This document shows, piece by piece, positions 25,094 to 38,807 of a stretch of 64,000 bases of DNA. The stretch's first letter is position 1; the number at the start of each line of letters is the position of its first letter. The stretch spans positions 2,418,001 through 2,482,000 of the forward strand of contig CM022670.1 of NCBI GenBank assembly GCA_012295275.1, in the 5' to 3' direction. Both the position numbers and the translations under genes were made by a program. The notes beneath the pieces were generated by a model. It was not told where the DNA came from, made no database searches, and saw only the letters and a program-made list of their open reading frames with translations. This stretch comes from Chrysomallon squamiferum (Eukaryota > Animalia > Mollusca).

Positions 25094-25124
<31 letters not shown>

Positions 25125-25514
25125 ATATGTATGTGTCTATATGTATTTGTGAGTAAGTATGTATATTAAAATCTAAACTGCAGTACAGGTAATTACTGTC
25201 AAAGAGAGAGCAGAGTACTGACAGAAACAGTGTTATCAGTTTATTTCAAATATTGTCCAAGTAATACAGATAAATATTATTAATCACATAAAATCATTGC
25301 TTTTAACTTCAGAACCAGTATTTTTCCTTTAGGCATTATTGAGAATATCATCATCTGTAATATTCAGTAATAGCCATCAGTTTCCTACTACACATTAATT
25401 CCACTTGCAGTATTTACAAACCTCTTCTGGCTGCAAAAACGGGCAAGTAATAATAACTAGCTGCAACAAAAAATATCTTTTACCAGATTTAATGCATTTC
25501 TTGTAAATAATTTA

Positions 25515-25562
<48 letters not shown>

Positions 25563-25986
25563 TTTTTTTTTTTTGAATAAACATTTTGGATCGTGTGGTT
25601 GTTACTGACACCAATCTTTTTGACTTTGAATTTGCTTTTAATGGCTTTTTTCAATACTCTTAATACTGTCTTGATTATCAAGTCTGTGTTGAGTGCAGTG
25701 TTAGAAGGTGACTCATTGCTGTTTTGACTTTTCCAGTACCAATAAAAACAATTTACAGTAGTCTTTGGATATAATATTTATGGTATCAGTTATATGTTGA
25801 AAAAATTTTTTTTTTTTTTTTTATGTCATATTTAAATAACTGGTTTATGTTTTGTTAAAAGGAAATGTACTGAACAAACCTTTTGAAAAATGTATATATG
25901 TGTGTGTGCATGTGTGTGTACATATATATATATATATGAATATACCTCCACAGATTCACACAAATTTGTTTGTGCAAAAATAAAAA

Positions 25987-26037
<51 letters not shown>

Positions 26038-27380
26038 CTAATATATAAGACAGAGTATTTATGTGTGAAATATCTATGCTTTTATTTTGTTCAAAGAAAA
26101 TAGCTTTTTTTCGTCATTTTTTAATTTTGAATTAAAATCTATTAGTAAAATTAATTACTGGAAGTAAATTATTTAATCAGGACTGGATATTTTAGGAATG
26201 TTTTTATATAAGCAGAATACTAATTACTTTTCTGGCTCTAATGCTGTGACCTTACTACGTGATCAAATTAACAAATGTACACTGTACACATAGGGTTTTT
26301 TTTAATAATGTAGTGAAATTACCTGCAGTCACCTGCAGTTGCTTCTCACGTGAATCTCTCTAATTGGATACACAACAAAAAACATTCCCTAACCACACAC
26401 ATACACATTAAAAATTATATGTGCATGCACTAAAGTCTTGACTTAGGCAGCAGATTATGAAGGTTAACAGAAAATTAACTTTTGCAAAATAAAAATAACA
26501 AAAACAAAAACTCTCAAATCAAAACAAGAAAAACATCAACCTCACAACCCCAAAAAATAATTTAAAAACACTACCACCCAACAACACACAGCTATTGATT
26601 TTGCAGTTTATATAAAATATACCAGCCCTTTCAAAATATTTTGTACAAAAAAATTAAAACGTCTTTATAAATATTATAATTTCTAATTAATTATTGATTA
26701 TTATTATTATTATTATTATTATTTTATTGAATAGTTATTATTTAGGTTATAGTGTAATGATTTTTAGTCCACATTTACAGCATCATCTTAGTTAGTAAAT
26801 CAATATTCATCAACTGGGTCCTGGGTTTGCAGGACATTATTGATGTTTTTGTTGATGTCGGTTCATTTTGTTGTACCTGAAAAATCCATAGTAAGATTAT
26901 TGTATTTATAATGATGCACTTGTGGTATTTTCAAGAGGAAGCTTTTTTCTTGAAATAATAAATGAAAAATGAACAGAGCATTGAAATATTTTCTCGCTTC
27001 ACTCCCCCAGATTGTGGTTGTCTTAAAGAATTATTATAACAAATGTTTCAAGAATGTTTTTGGTATCTGAATAAATATTTATATGAAATTTGAAATAATA
27101 ATAAGAATGCTTTAATTGAGATGAATTTTAAAAATATGTTCATCTTAAATATTAAAAATCATCTGTGTGATTTTGTAGTAAATAAAAAAAATGCACACTG
27201 TATAGTAATGGGCTCAACTTTTATATGTCATTTGAAATTTGTTTATTTTTCACTGCTTCTATCGTCATATAGGACAGCATATAGCATTACCTACATTTGG
27301 AGCAATGCCTGAAAAGGAATTAATGTGTGTGTGTGTGTGTGTGTGTGTGTATTTGTGTGTACTGTGTTTACAAATATATA

Positions 27381-27436
<56 letters not shown>

Positions 27437-30400
27437 AGCTTCTGGAGTAAACATCATTAATTAATTTTAAATATTTCATCAACATTTTCTTCCGGCATGA
27501 TTATAATTAATTGTTATCTTTTTGTTTGTTTACACGAAGAAAGTATATTTTTGATCTTTTCATATATATAATAAAAATAATTTCCCTCCTTTTTATTTTT
27601 TATTTTTTAGAATTGTAAGAATTAAATTAATGATCAAAACAAAAAAGACAAACAATAGGAAAAGTCTTTCAGAATATAAAAGTTCACTGACCAGAAAGAA
27701 ATCTATATTTCTGAAAGAAGAGCTCCACAAAAGAGACATAACTGAAAATGTGTTCAAATTAGATGTTTAATGTGCAAAGTTATTTTCAGTTTTTACATCT
27801 TTGTAATTGTTTTGAATAATAATTACAGGTTTATATTAAAAAGTTATTAAAAAGAAACAAGAACATTGTTAACAGCAACAACAATAGCAAAAAAAAATAA
27901 CATAAAATAAATATGGAAAGAAAAAAGTGATAATATATAAATAAATAAATGAATAAATAAATAAAAATACAAAATACAAACTCAAAACAAAATACCCCAA
28001 AACCAAATCTAAGAAATCTCAATGGTAATTGTGATAACAATAATGATGATCTATATCACTCTAATGTTGATTATTATAACACTATTATAGCTGTTTATTC
28101 TATTTAATTTTGAAGTCACCAATTTGTTTATCTTTGGTTTCATTTTCCAAATTACAGTTACTTTCTATTATGTTATTTTCTAAACTAGACAAGCCATATA
28201 TTTTATAAAAAAAAGTAAATATAAAACACACACATACACATATATATACATGCAAACAAAATAAAATAAAAAAATAAAAAAAAGGTACTATTATTATATT
28301 TGTATTCAATTTAGGATTAAATGTGACAGTTATATCTTACACTTTAAGAGTTTAGAAATAGGCATTTCTCTTGGAATAAAATTGCTGGCATTATCTGCAT
28401 GATTATTGTTCAGCATTTATGAAGCTTTGACAAGCCTGTAATCTAACAGATCCATTTTCTCACTAGCAACCTAACAATATTTTTTTTATTAGTTTCAAAT
28501 TTTTCTTTTTAGCATTCAAAATATATTCATAGTATGATTTTTTCTTAACTTTTTTTAAAATTTTTATTATTCTGCACTCACTTTGAAATTGTGTAATAAC
28601 ATGGTAATTTTTTATATTATTTTCCATTGAAGAGCTGAAGAACAAAGTTTATTGTTTTATTATTATTATGAGTATTATTGTTGTTGTTGTTTTCTTTAAA
28701 AAAAAGAGGCAGTTTCTTTCCTTTCTTTTTTACATGATATTTGAAATTTCATTTTAACATTGTGAAATAATATTAGATATTTAATAGAAATAACTGTGAT
28801 TTTAATAATTATTTCTTTGATTTAATTTACATGTTAAAAATATCAACTGATGCAGTGTCTTTCATTATTGTGAAAAAGTAGGTTATAGAAGTTTCTGTTG
28901 TATTATTAAAAAACAAAAACAAAAATTTTAAATCTTTTTATCCTTTTTTTTGTTTCTACCCAGATTGTATTTGAGGCTGATCCATCTCAGGTAAATTTTA
29001 TTTTATATATATAATTATATATTATAATTTATCAAAAATCTATTCAGTGATTAAAAATAATATTTTATATCGTGATGCCATATAATTTTTATAGCCAAAT
29101 CAGATTAAAAATTCTAAATAAGAAATAAAAATAAAGTATGTAAGAATATACAGTTTAAAAAAAAAAAAAAAAAAAAAAAACATTTGAAAGATACAGAAAG
29201 AAAGAAATTTCAAAGATCCCCTCCCACTCACACCGAAATCATAAAACAAAACAAAAAAACACCACAAACAATAATAATACTTTTTTAAAAATAAAAGAAA
29301 GAAAGAAAAGCCAGCAACAAAATAAAGTAGCTGTTAAATTTTTAAAACATTTAGGAAAAACCCCCCAACTAATCAAAACATTGTTTAAATCCATAAATCT
29401 TTACACATTGTTTTAAACTCTTTAAAAATAAGGAATAAATTTAAAAACAACAAAACTAAATAACTATTAATTTTTAATGCATTCACTTTCATTTTCATTT
29501 TCATTTTATTTCTTTGCATTTCATTGCACACACTTGTCTCTCTACATTTCTCTAAACCTTTCATATAAACGTAAAAACGACTATTTATAACCTGTTTAAA
29601 TATTAAAAGAATAACGACTTCATTTTAATTAATTTATTTTTTCTCCATTTTTTTTTTCTACTCCATGTCAACCAGGCACACACAGACTCGTCTCTTCGCA
29701 GATTTCTACGAGCCTTCGGAGCTGTAGACCCTGCATTCAAACAGCTGCTCAAATGTAACAAGTGGAGACAGGAGTATGGTGTGGACAGACTCACTCCAGA
29801 AGATGAAGACATCCTGAGGGAAATCTCCCTGGGAAAAATACACATTCTGAGAAACAGAGATGCTCAAGGGAGGTAATTAAGAACATCAACAAACAAAATC
29901 CTTTTTCTTTCTTTCTTTTTTTTTTTTTCCTTTTAGTTTTAATTTGGTTTTATCTTGTAGAGAAGAAGAAGAAGAAGAAGAGAAGAGAAAAAAGAAGAAA
30001 GAAAGAAAAAATGAAAGAAGAAAGATCCTATTGAATTGTCGTGTCATTTTGATCCCTAAAATAATTACCCTAGATTTTTCTTTTTCTTCTTGTGATGAGC
30101 AAGAGCTTAAGATTTTATTTATTTGTTTTTTTTCTTTTCTTTTCTTTTTAATTTTATATGTATATTATATATGTATGTGTTTGTATATGTATATGTGTGT
30201 ATATATATATCTGTGTGTGTGTGTGTGTGTGTGTTTGTGTATGTGTATATATATATATATATATAAAACACTTTAGAAAAGGTTTCATTTAAATAGATAT
30301 AAAGTAAAATGAAACATTTTCTTAGTGATATTTGTATGGATTTAACATTTGTTGTTTTCTAATAAATTATATGTAGTTAGCCTTATAATTCAGTACTTGC

Positions 30401-31510
30401 AGCTTTTAATTGCATATGCATAGTTTTTAATTTCATCTGTTTACTAAAAGATGAAAAATATTTCTCATTATTATTTTGCAGGCCTGTTGTTTATGTTATG
30501 GCCAGGAAACATAATGTATATGAGAGAGACATTGAGAAATTTACAAAATTCATAGTCTATATACTGGTATGTATGCCACTCACATATAAATTATTTAAAT
30601 TTTGTTTTTCATTTACTGTCACCATTTTTATTATTTCCTCTAATTCTTCTTTTTTAAAATCTTAGTGCAATCAATACCAAATCATAATTTCATATTCATG
30701 ATCATTTAGTGTAATTGTAAAAGTAACCCAGGGAGTATAATTGGTAAAAGTAGCCTTTGTAATATAGCCAGTAAAAAACCCCTTGTTGTGTGGGATAATT
30801 AATAAATCTAACCCATAATATTTAATTGTTAACAGTAGCCTGTTAAATATGGTAACTGTAGGCTATCTGTAAGAATAACCAATGAAGTATAAGTGGTAAG
30901 AGTAACCCATTAAGTTCAATTGGAGAGAATAAAAGATAGGGTTCTGTCATAAGACCCCATTCTGCCATATAATTTTTAAAAATGTTAAGCAAGCTACATT
31001 AACCGTTAATATAAAAAGAAAAGATATATTCAAACTTTAATAATGTTATATTTTCTACTTATTTATACTTATGTAGTAATGCATTTGAACTGTCTAAACA
31101 CCAGAGATATAAATTTTACTATTTCAAAGTGTGTAAAATGTGTACATTTCTTTTCAGTTTTGGTAAAAAATTCACATTCTTTCTGAATATTTGCATGTTG
31201 TTTTCTTTTGTTTCAGGAAACAGCGTGTAAGAAATGCAATGAAGACATCATTGATAACTTGTGTATAATATTTGACCTTAAAAACTTCAGTCTGAGTTGC
31301 ATGGACTACCAGTTTATCAAGAATCTGATCTGGTTGCTGAGCAAGTACTACCCAGAACGGCTTGGAGTCTGTCTCATTGTTAACTCTCCCATGATGTTCT
31401 CAGGTTGCTGGGCAGTGATTCGCCCTTGGTGAGTAAACATGTCAGCAAAAACAGTAGAATAACAGAGACAGACATTGACACACACACACACAAAAATACA
31501 CAAACACATA

Positions 31511-31546
<36 letters not shown>

Positions 31547-32011
31547 TGCAATGTATTTATGCATTTAAACAAGGACACAAACATATACACTCATACATAC
31601 ACACAGAGACACACACTCACACAAATACATACACACTCATACTGAATCAAACATACATTCATATACATACATATATACAAACATACATATGATAAACACA
31701 GAAAAAATACTAATGTACTAGAAATAAAAACAAATATTACAAATTGCCATAGCTGTGTTAGTCTATAAGTTTACACAAAAGTGTCCATGTCTTGTTTGTC
31801 TTAGACATTTACGATGCTAATAGATTAATGATACATATTATTATTATTTTTTTTTTTTTTCACTTCTTAACCTTATTTACCGGAGATTTAAAACAACACT
31901 GTTTTATTCAACAGGTTGAATGAGGTAACAGCTAGTAAAGTGAAGTTTGTGTCAGATCCACAACAGCTGTGTCAGTACATTCACCCTGATGCACTGCCAC
32001 CTGATGACTAG
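17607..32011 (+). CDS. CRAL-TRIO (Sec14-like) lipid-binding protein; 6 coding exons, 228 aa
   Basis: Exons 17607-17675, 28964-28990, 29676-29872, 30482-30566, 31217-31428, 31915-32011, all phase-consistent (687 nt). Motifs DSSLRRFLRA...KWRQEYG, RDAQGRPVVY, IIFDLKNFSL, YYPERLGVCLIVNSP, WAVIRPWLNEVTASKVKF. The first exon is the least certain. Confidence 0.9.
20150..20810. repeat. Diverged tandem repeat, ~150-bp unit, 4-5 copies
   Basis: Recurring ctctagrct-ttcaagct-tgaacatct...ttcaaggaca blocks starting near 20187, 20350, 20500, 20641 and a partial copy near 20786. Confidence 0.8.
22985..23072 (-). mobile_element. Decayed SINE-like fragment
   Basis: GAGCACTGGCTGGA (22998-23011) is the exact reverse complement of TCCAGCCAGTGCTC at 3969-3982. 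The segment resembles gastropod tRNA-SINE bodies as I recall them (not verified). Confidence 0.4.
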
Positions 32012-35000
32012 GATGTCAGCAACAACACACGGCAGCTTTTTCACCATCAAGACCACGTTGATGTCATTCCTGCGCAAACATTCATTCATCATCGCATGTC
32101 ATTTTACTACAAGCCAAATGCATTGTTCTGCATTTATTAATACTCCGTGCATTTAAAAAAAAAAAAAGTTTAAAAATAACAAAGTAAAGATATTTGTTTA
32201 AAAAAGGAATAAAATGTTCTAAAAAGATAGAAAATATGTATGTATAAATAAAAAAAAAAAAAAAAAAAAAGAAAAAGATAGAAAATATGTGTATAGAAAA
32301 TAAAAATAAAGGTTAAAAAAAAAAGTGGGAAAACCTTTTTTTAAAGAAATTAAAAAAATAAAAATAAAAATAAAAATAAAAAATCATTTACTGATAGAAT
32401 AAATTAAAAAAATTAAATGACTTGTTTAGCATTTCCAGCAGGTCCTGTTACTTAATTTGCTTTTCAGATAATGCTTCTGTGAAGTAGCACAGAAATAATA
32501 ATATCTGAGTGTTTTAAAATTAACAAATGTCAAACTTAAAGAATCCACATGTACTAGAGGGTGTCCTCATTAAGCAGTACGATTCAACAATAGTTACAAG
32601 AAAGCCACATCATTACAGCATTTATCTTACACTTCAGATTTACTCATGTCACTGCATGTTGCCAGGCAAATGTGACCAACTGTCATAAAATGAAAACATC
32701 TCATTACTGTTCCATTTTGCAAAAACATTCACAAACCACGGTAGACAAATACAAATCTTTAATAGATCACATACAGTTGTATTTTATTTCATCTGTGATA
32801 GAGGTTTTATTTTCTTAGATTATTAATATATTTTATAAGAAAGATTATTAAGAAGGGCAAAAAAAAGAGAATGAAAGTGAAAATTAACAGAGTTTTGTGA
32901 TTTTTTTATAGTGAAAGTATATGGTTTGACTGTATAATTTTATTATATAATTCTGAAGCATTATGAAATGTTTTACATTTTTAATAATGGGATGAGGGTC
33001 TGGCTTTGACATGCTGTATCCTTTACAAAAAGTGAGCTTTAAATATTTACCCATTTTTGATTGGTCTTTCAGTAAATGAATTTGGTTATCCAAATCTTAA
33101 TTAACATCTTTCTATATGAACAGTTTTTCTGAATAGGCATACCAAATAACATAATTCAAATGTTCTCTCTTCATTTTTTTTTTTTCTTCTTAACTAATTA
33201 TTTTCTTTTCTAGCATGTATGATTGTGATTTTTCAACATTTAAGTACATGTTCTGTAACAGAAATTTCAAAAATGTCTCAATTAAGAAACTTTTAACAGA
33301 TATAAACATTTGATCAATCAACATGGTATAACAATTAACATTATTTTCTCAAATATATGACATCACTTATTTTAAACAATATATATATATATAAAGACCA
33401 GTCACATGAATTGAAGATAAATGTATAAAATATGAAATAATTATCTCACTTTGAATGTTTACAGCGCTAATGTAGAAAATGTTACAATGAAGCTGATCTT
33501 TTAACTTTATTTTTATTTTGTTACTTATTAAAAACATTTTGTATTTAGATACTGTTTTTGTTTTGTGATAATAATTATTATAATGTTTTTGAATGTGTGA
33601 CTATTTTTGTTTACAAAAAGTCTACTGACTGATCTGTTTGACAGGATTTAAACAAATATTTTCAAAAAACAAAATGTTTTTTTCATTTTAAGTAATATTT
33701 TTTTCCCCATTTTTTTTGATGCTTTCATAAAACTGCGAAAGAATTATTATCTGTTTTCCACACTCAGTATACGATGTGATATCTGGTAGCTGATTATGTT
33801 ATTTAATGTTCTGTTTTTATCTTATTTTATCTTGTTTTTATTATTCCTTGATATTTGTGTTGTTGAAGTTGGCAGGAAATTGTAGCCCTGTTTGTTTGTA
33901 ATATTGCGTGGAATGAAGAACCAAGTTACCATGTTTAAATGCATGTTAATTATAAATATATGTAAATATATGTATACAGCCAAACATTTTGATTATAAGG
34001 CATGTATGATCAATGCTAAAGATTACAATATCTATGGAAAGGAAACATTCATAAATTATATTCTTTGGTACTACTTAAAATACATATAAATAAAAAAATA
34101 TACATGTGTGATGTTTTTTTCTTTTTAACTGCTTGCTAGTATTCCTGTTATTAAAGTTTCAGTTATGTGCAACAACCAAAAAAAAAAAAAAAAAAAAAAA
34201 AAAAAGATTTTCATTTGTTGTCTTAGAGTTATGTCCCATTTTTTTACTTTCTTTTCAGAAGTGGTTTGGCTGACATCTATACTTCCTTCATGTATTGGAA
34301 TAACTTTATTTGGTGCATACTCTGTTACATTTATTTAGTATTTTGCTCCTTTATTTTAGCTTTTTAAACTTTATTACCATATTAAATTTTTAAATTTTTT
34401 TTTAATAATTACATCAACTGCCAATATATTTATTTTGTGTTCACTGTCCCAAAATGTTACAAATGATTTAGCGGTTTTATTTCTTTAATTTATTATTATT
34501 ATTTTTTTTAAATCCTAAATTTAGATTTGATCACATTGTTTTAGATTTTGCAGAAACATCAAGGCTCTATTGATAAAGGTGTAAAGTTTATTTTTATTTT
34601 CTGTTTAATCCATTTTAATTTTTGTTTTATTGCTCACCTGCTGTGTTTATTATTATTGTTGATTTCTTGTAATCATAACAAATCTCTTATTTTTTCAAAT
34701 ATTTTTGTGATCAATTTTCATATTTTGTTGTATATATGTTCACAATGAAATGCTAACATAGAAAATAGTCATACGAACAATTGAACTTGATGTACAAAAC
34801 AAAATATTTTAAATCTTAAATTAATAAATGCTATTTAATTCTGTTCTGAGAGTTGTGTTTTTCTCTTTATTATTATTATTTGTTTTTCCTTATGTTTTGT
34901 TTTGTTCTGGAGTGATGTTTAGTAATTGTGCATTAGAAATTCTCTTTTAATGTCATGGACTTGTATACTGTATAGCCAGGACAAGCATACTTGAATCATT

Positions 35001-36483
35001 GATGGATACATACATACATATATCTTTAAAAAAATCCAATAAAGCATATTAAAATAATATTTTTAAAAGAAAACTAAATTAAAAGTACTGTTAGGTGTCA
35101 TAAAAACATAATACAGTAACTAATTAATAATTAATGAAAATCTTTTAATGTTAAATGTTAACAAAATAATAATACTTAAAATAAATTCATGCATTCTGAA
35201 CAGAAAAAAAAAAACAAAAAACATTACTGGTTTTAAAAATCGATGTGTCATTATAAACATACATAGAACTGCTTTAAATATTCAGATCAGTATATTAATA
35301 TATTTTAAAACTTATTTATTGATCAAAATATACAGTTTCACACCAATTTCACTAATCTATGAAGACTAATCTTTATATTCAATAATTAAAAAAAAAAAGA
35401 AGCATGAAAAACAGCTGGTTCCGTATAATTAAAAACTATTAATTTTCTTTTTCTTGTTTAGTTGTTAAGTTGCTTATTATCATGTATGATTTAAATTCTA
35501 AGATCTCTGTAAGTGGTGCTTATCAGCCAATGACATCATCAAATTTTTTCAATAATCATTTTATTACTCAATCCTTGAAAATAATAAAATACACACAAAA
35601 ATAGAAAAAGAGATTGTTCATATTAAAATAACCAATATCAACAGCCCTTGCTGGGTAATTCCAAATAAACACATTGTAGCTTATTACAAAAAATTAATGC
35701 TGCTAATAATAATAAAAATTAAAGAAAAGAAATTAAAGGATGTAAAAGATAGATAACAAATACGGCAGTTTATTTATTTATTTATTTATTTATTTATTAT
35801 GATTAAAGATAAAATAGAATCTAAATATCATAGTGATTTAATGTACTTGGTATTATAATGAACCACTCTGTACAGAATGAATAATTTATTCTTAAAAATT
35901 AATTAATGGACTTATTTTTTATTTATTTTGAAATATAAGATTATCCACATCAATAGCTTAATAATTGCTTCATATGGTATTAGAAAGTATAAGGATTATT
36001 TTAATTATCTTTTTAAAATTCTGCTTTAGATGTGGTTATCACAGTAATGATTATTGGGCATATGATTTGTATTTAATTTTTTTTTAAATATCAGCTGTCA
36101 TATACTTAATGAGGTATTACTAGATCCAGGTGATGCCTAGTAACTGCTATATTGACATTTTTCACTGTATAAGAAAACAATTTGCTGCTAATGGAAAAGA
36201 GTAACCCAACGTATGATACAGGAAATTTTCCAAAAACACAAGATTTAACACCTAAAAACAATTAAAAAACTGTTTAATACTCTTCATCAATTAAATTAAT
36301 GTCATATTCTCATATTAAAGAAATGGTTGTTTAATATGATTGATTCAGTTAATTTCATACAGATTTTAAAATAAAGAAACAGTTGTTTAACTGAGATTTC
36401 ATAACACATTTTCTGTAAATGGGTATAAGGGAAATGGCTCAGTGGTAATAGGACTGTTCTTACATGGTCAGTTCTCCTCACTG

Positions 36484-36784
36484 TCACACTGGGCTATTTG
36501 TAACACAACAGACTTGTAACAGACCTTGGTACATGTCAATCAGCAAGACACCAGACATTTATGCAAGGAACTTAAGTTTAACACTTACAAAGTATACCGA
36601 GGCAAAAGTGGTTTAATATTGATATCACACATTTTCACACTAGGCTTTTTGTAACACAACAGACTTATAACAGATCTTGGTACATGCTAATCAGTAAAAC
36701 GAGAGACATTTACATAAGGAACTTAAGATTAACACCTAAAAAATATACCAAGACAAAAGTGGTGTTTAATGTTGATATCACACT
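36484..36784. repeat. Tandem duplication, ~151-bp unit, 2 copies
   Basis: tcacact(g/a)ggct(a/t)tttgtaacacaacagactt...ggaacttaag...gatatcacac at 36484 and again at 36635. Confidence 0.9.
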
Positions 36785-38615
36785 TTTTTTCTGAAAAATA
36801 ACATGGGGAATCTCTGACACATGAAAAATTGTGGTTTATTTATTTATTTATTTTGTGGGTTTTGTATATTGTTCTTAGATGTTATGGGACATGATGTAAA
36901 AAGAACCTAACCAGATCTTTGGGCCACTGTCACATAGATAATTCACCTTTAAAAATATCAAATCACCAACAGTTGTCTGCCTGAGCTAGAGCTAGTGTGT
37001 CCAAGTTTCTAACACTTTTTTTCATTTTAACATGTAAATAAATTAAATTTAACTCCGTGAATGTTTCAAAATGTCAATGAGCAAACACTGTTTACCTATT
37101 TTAAATATAACTGATTATCAAGGATTTGAACTCACTGGAAAAACAACTGCTGATGGTTTCCAAACTTAGCCGTCAAAATGTCTTAGAATATCTGGATGTT
37201 CATAATCATAATATGAATATCTGGACAAAAAACTTTGTTATCTAGTTCTCTTTATCAATCTTGGAATTTATCTGAACAAAGAAAATATTATTGGAATATT
37301 ATTTACTCTTCTTAGGGGTTGATAGATGTATGTTCATACAGAATTTTAGTCATAAGAAAGTTTTGATCTTTAACATTACATAAACAAACTATAAACTGTG
37401 AAAATTGTACAGGGATTTCAGTTTCATTAGATTCTTGTTCCTAATGTTGAAAATATATGATAAAAATAACAGAAGAACATAATTAAATAACAAAATACTG
37501 ACAAAGCAGAAAACAGAACATTTAAATAATAATCATCAGTGCTGCCAAAATTATGTTAAAATTCTTGTACAGTTTTCAAGGATGATAATTAAAAATAATA
37601 CAATTTAAAGGAGATAATAAAATAATTTCATCATTTTGAAGCTGATTAAAAGGGGAGACAAGTCAAATTTGTTGTTTGTAAATAACAATGAATATTACAG
37701 TGAAAGGCACAATTTACATAAAGCAGTAAAATAATTTTTATCATATACAACATATAACAATAAAATGTGCAGAGTAATATTAACACATTTTAAAAATGTA
37801 TTAAGAAACTGAAATTCAATTTTACAGAACTATGTTCTCAAGTAAACTCAAAATGGTATTTGCATTTTAAGTTAAATAGTAAATATTTGAGTGATTGTAC
37901 CTTAATTTAAAATAGTTCACAAAAGTCAAATTGCATTTTAACAAAACAAAAATGTTTAAAATAAATAATTAGAATTATTAATTTATTACAATCAAAATAA
38001 ATTAACTGAAATAAAAAATATGAATAATGAAAATATTAAATTATAAAAAATCTACTTGTTTTTAACACCATTTAAAAAAATAAAACTCATTATCACTGAT
38101 AAATTAAAAGATTGTACATGAAATACATGAAATTGTCAAAAACATATCAAACAGTATAACAATGATTAATCAATATTAACATTTATATGAAGCATTACCA
38201 TCTATTTTTTCCATTTTTTTTTTATACATACAAATAAACATTCATTCTCCCATGTACAAAGTTATGTGTACTGTTCGTGATGGTAAACACTACAACTTGT
38301 ACTTCTTTGAGTGATTTCTTTATTTGTTATTTAATATCAACACTTATAATTTTTTTTAGTAAGGTGCCCTAATGCTCTCTGTGCCTTCATTTTGTAAGAA
38401 AATGCGATAGCTATAGCATTCACAGCACATCGTTGTGAATATCATTGTCAATGATTTGGGTTCAATATAAATAAAAAGTCATTCTGAAGTATAACAAAAA
38501 TATTTACTCTCATTGTATCTTGATAGACAGGTCAACTGAAACATATGTTTAATATCTATTCTTTCTGGACAAACAAACAAAATTGTAGACATCAATCCAC
38601 AACATATTTATGCAC

Positions 38616-38668
<53 letters not shown>

Positions 38669-38807
38669 TATATAAATATTCAAACAGGTATGCAAATCAT
38701 TAAAAGAAATCTAGTTGTTTCTAAATCTCAATAGACAAAGCTTTGATTTATCTGAACACTGAATAAAACAGAAATTAAGAGACTAGTTATAGTTTTAGAT
38801 TTTAACA

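Noticed and set aside
36420-36460. tRNA-like start (ggctcagtggta)
   Set aside because: Only an A-box-like word; no cloverleaf or B-box. At most a SINE head remnant.
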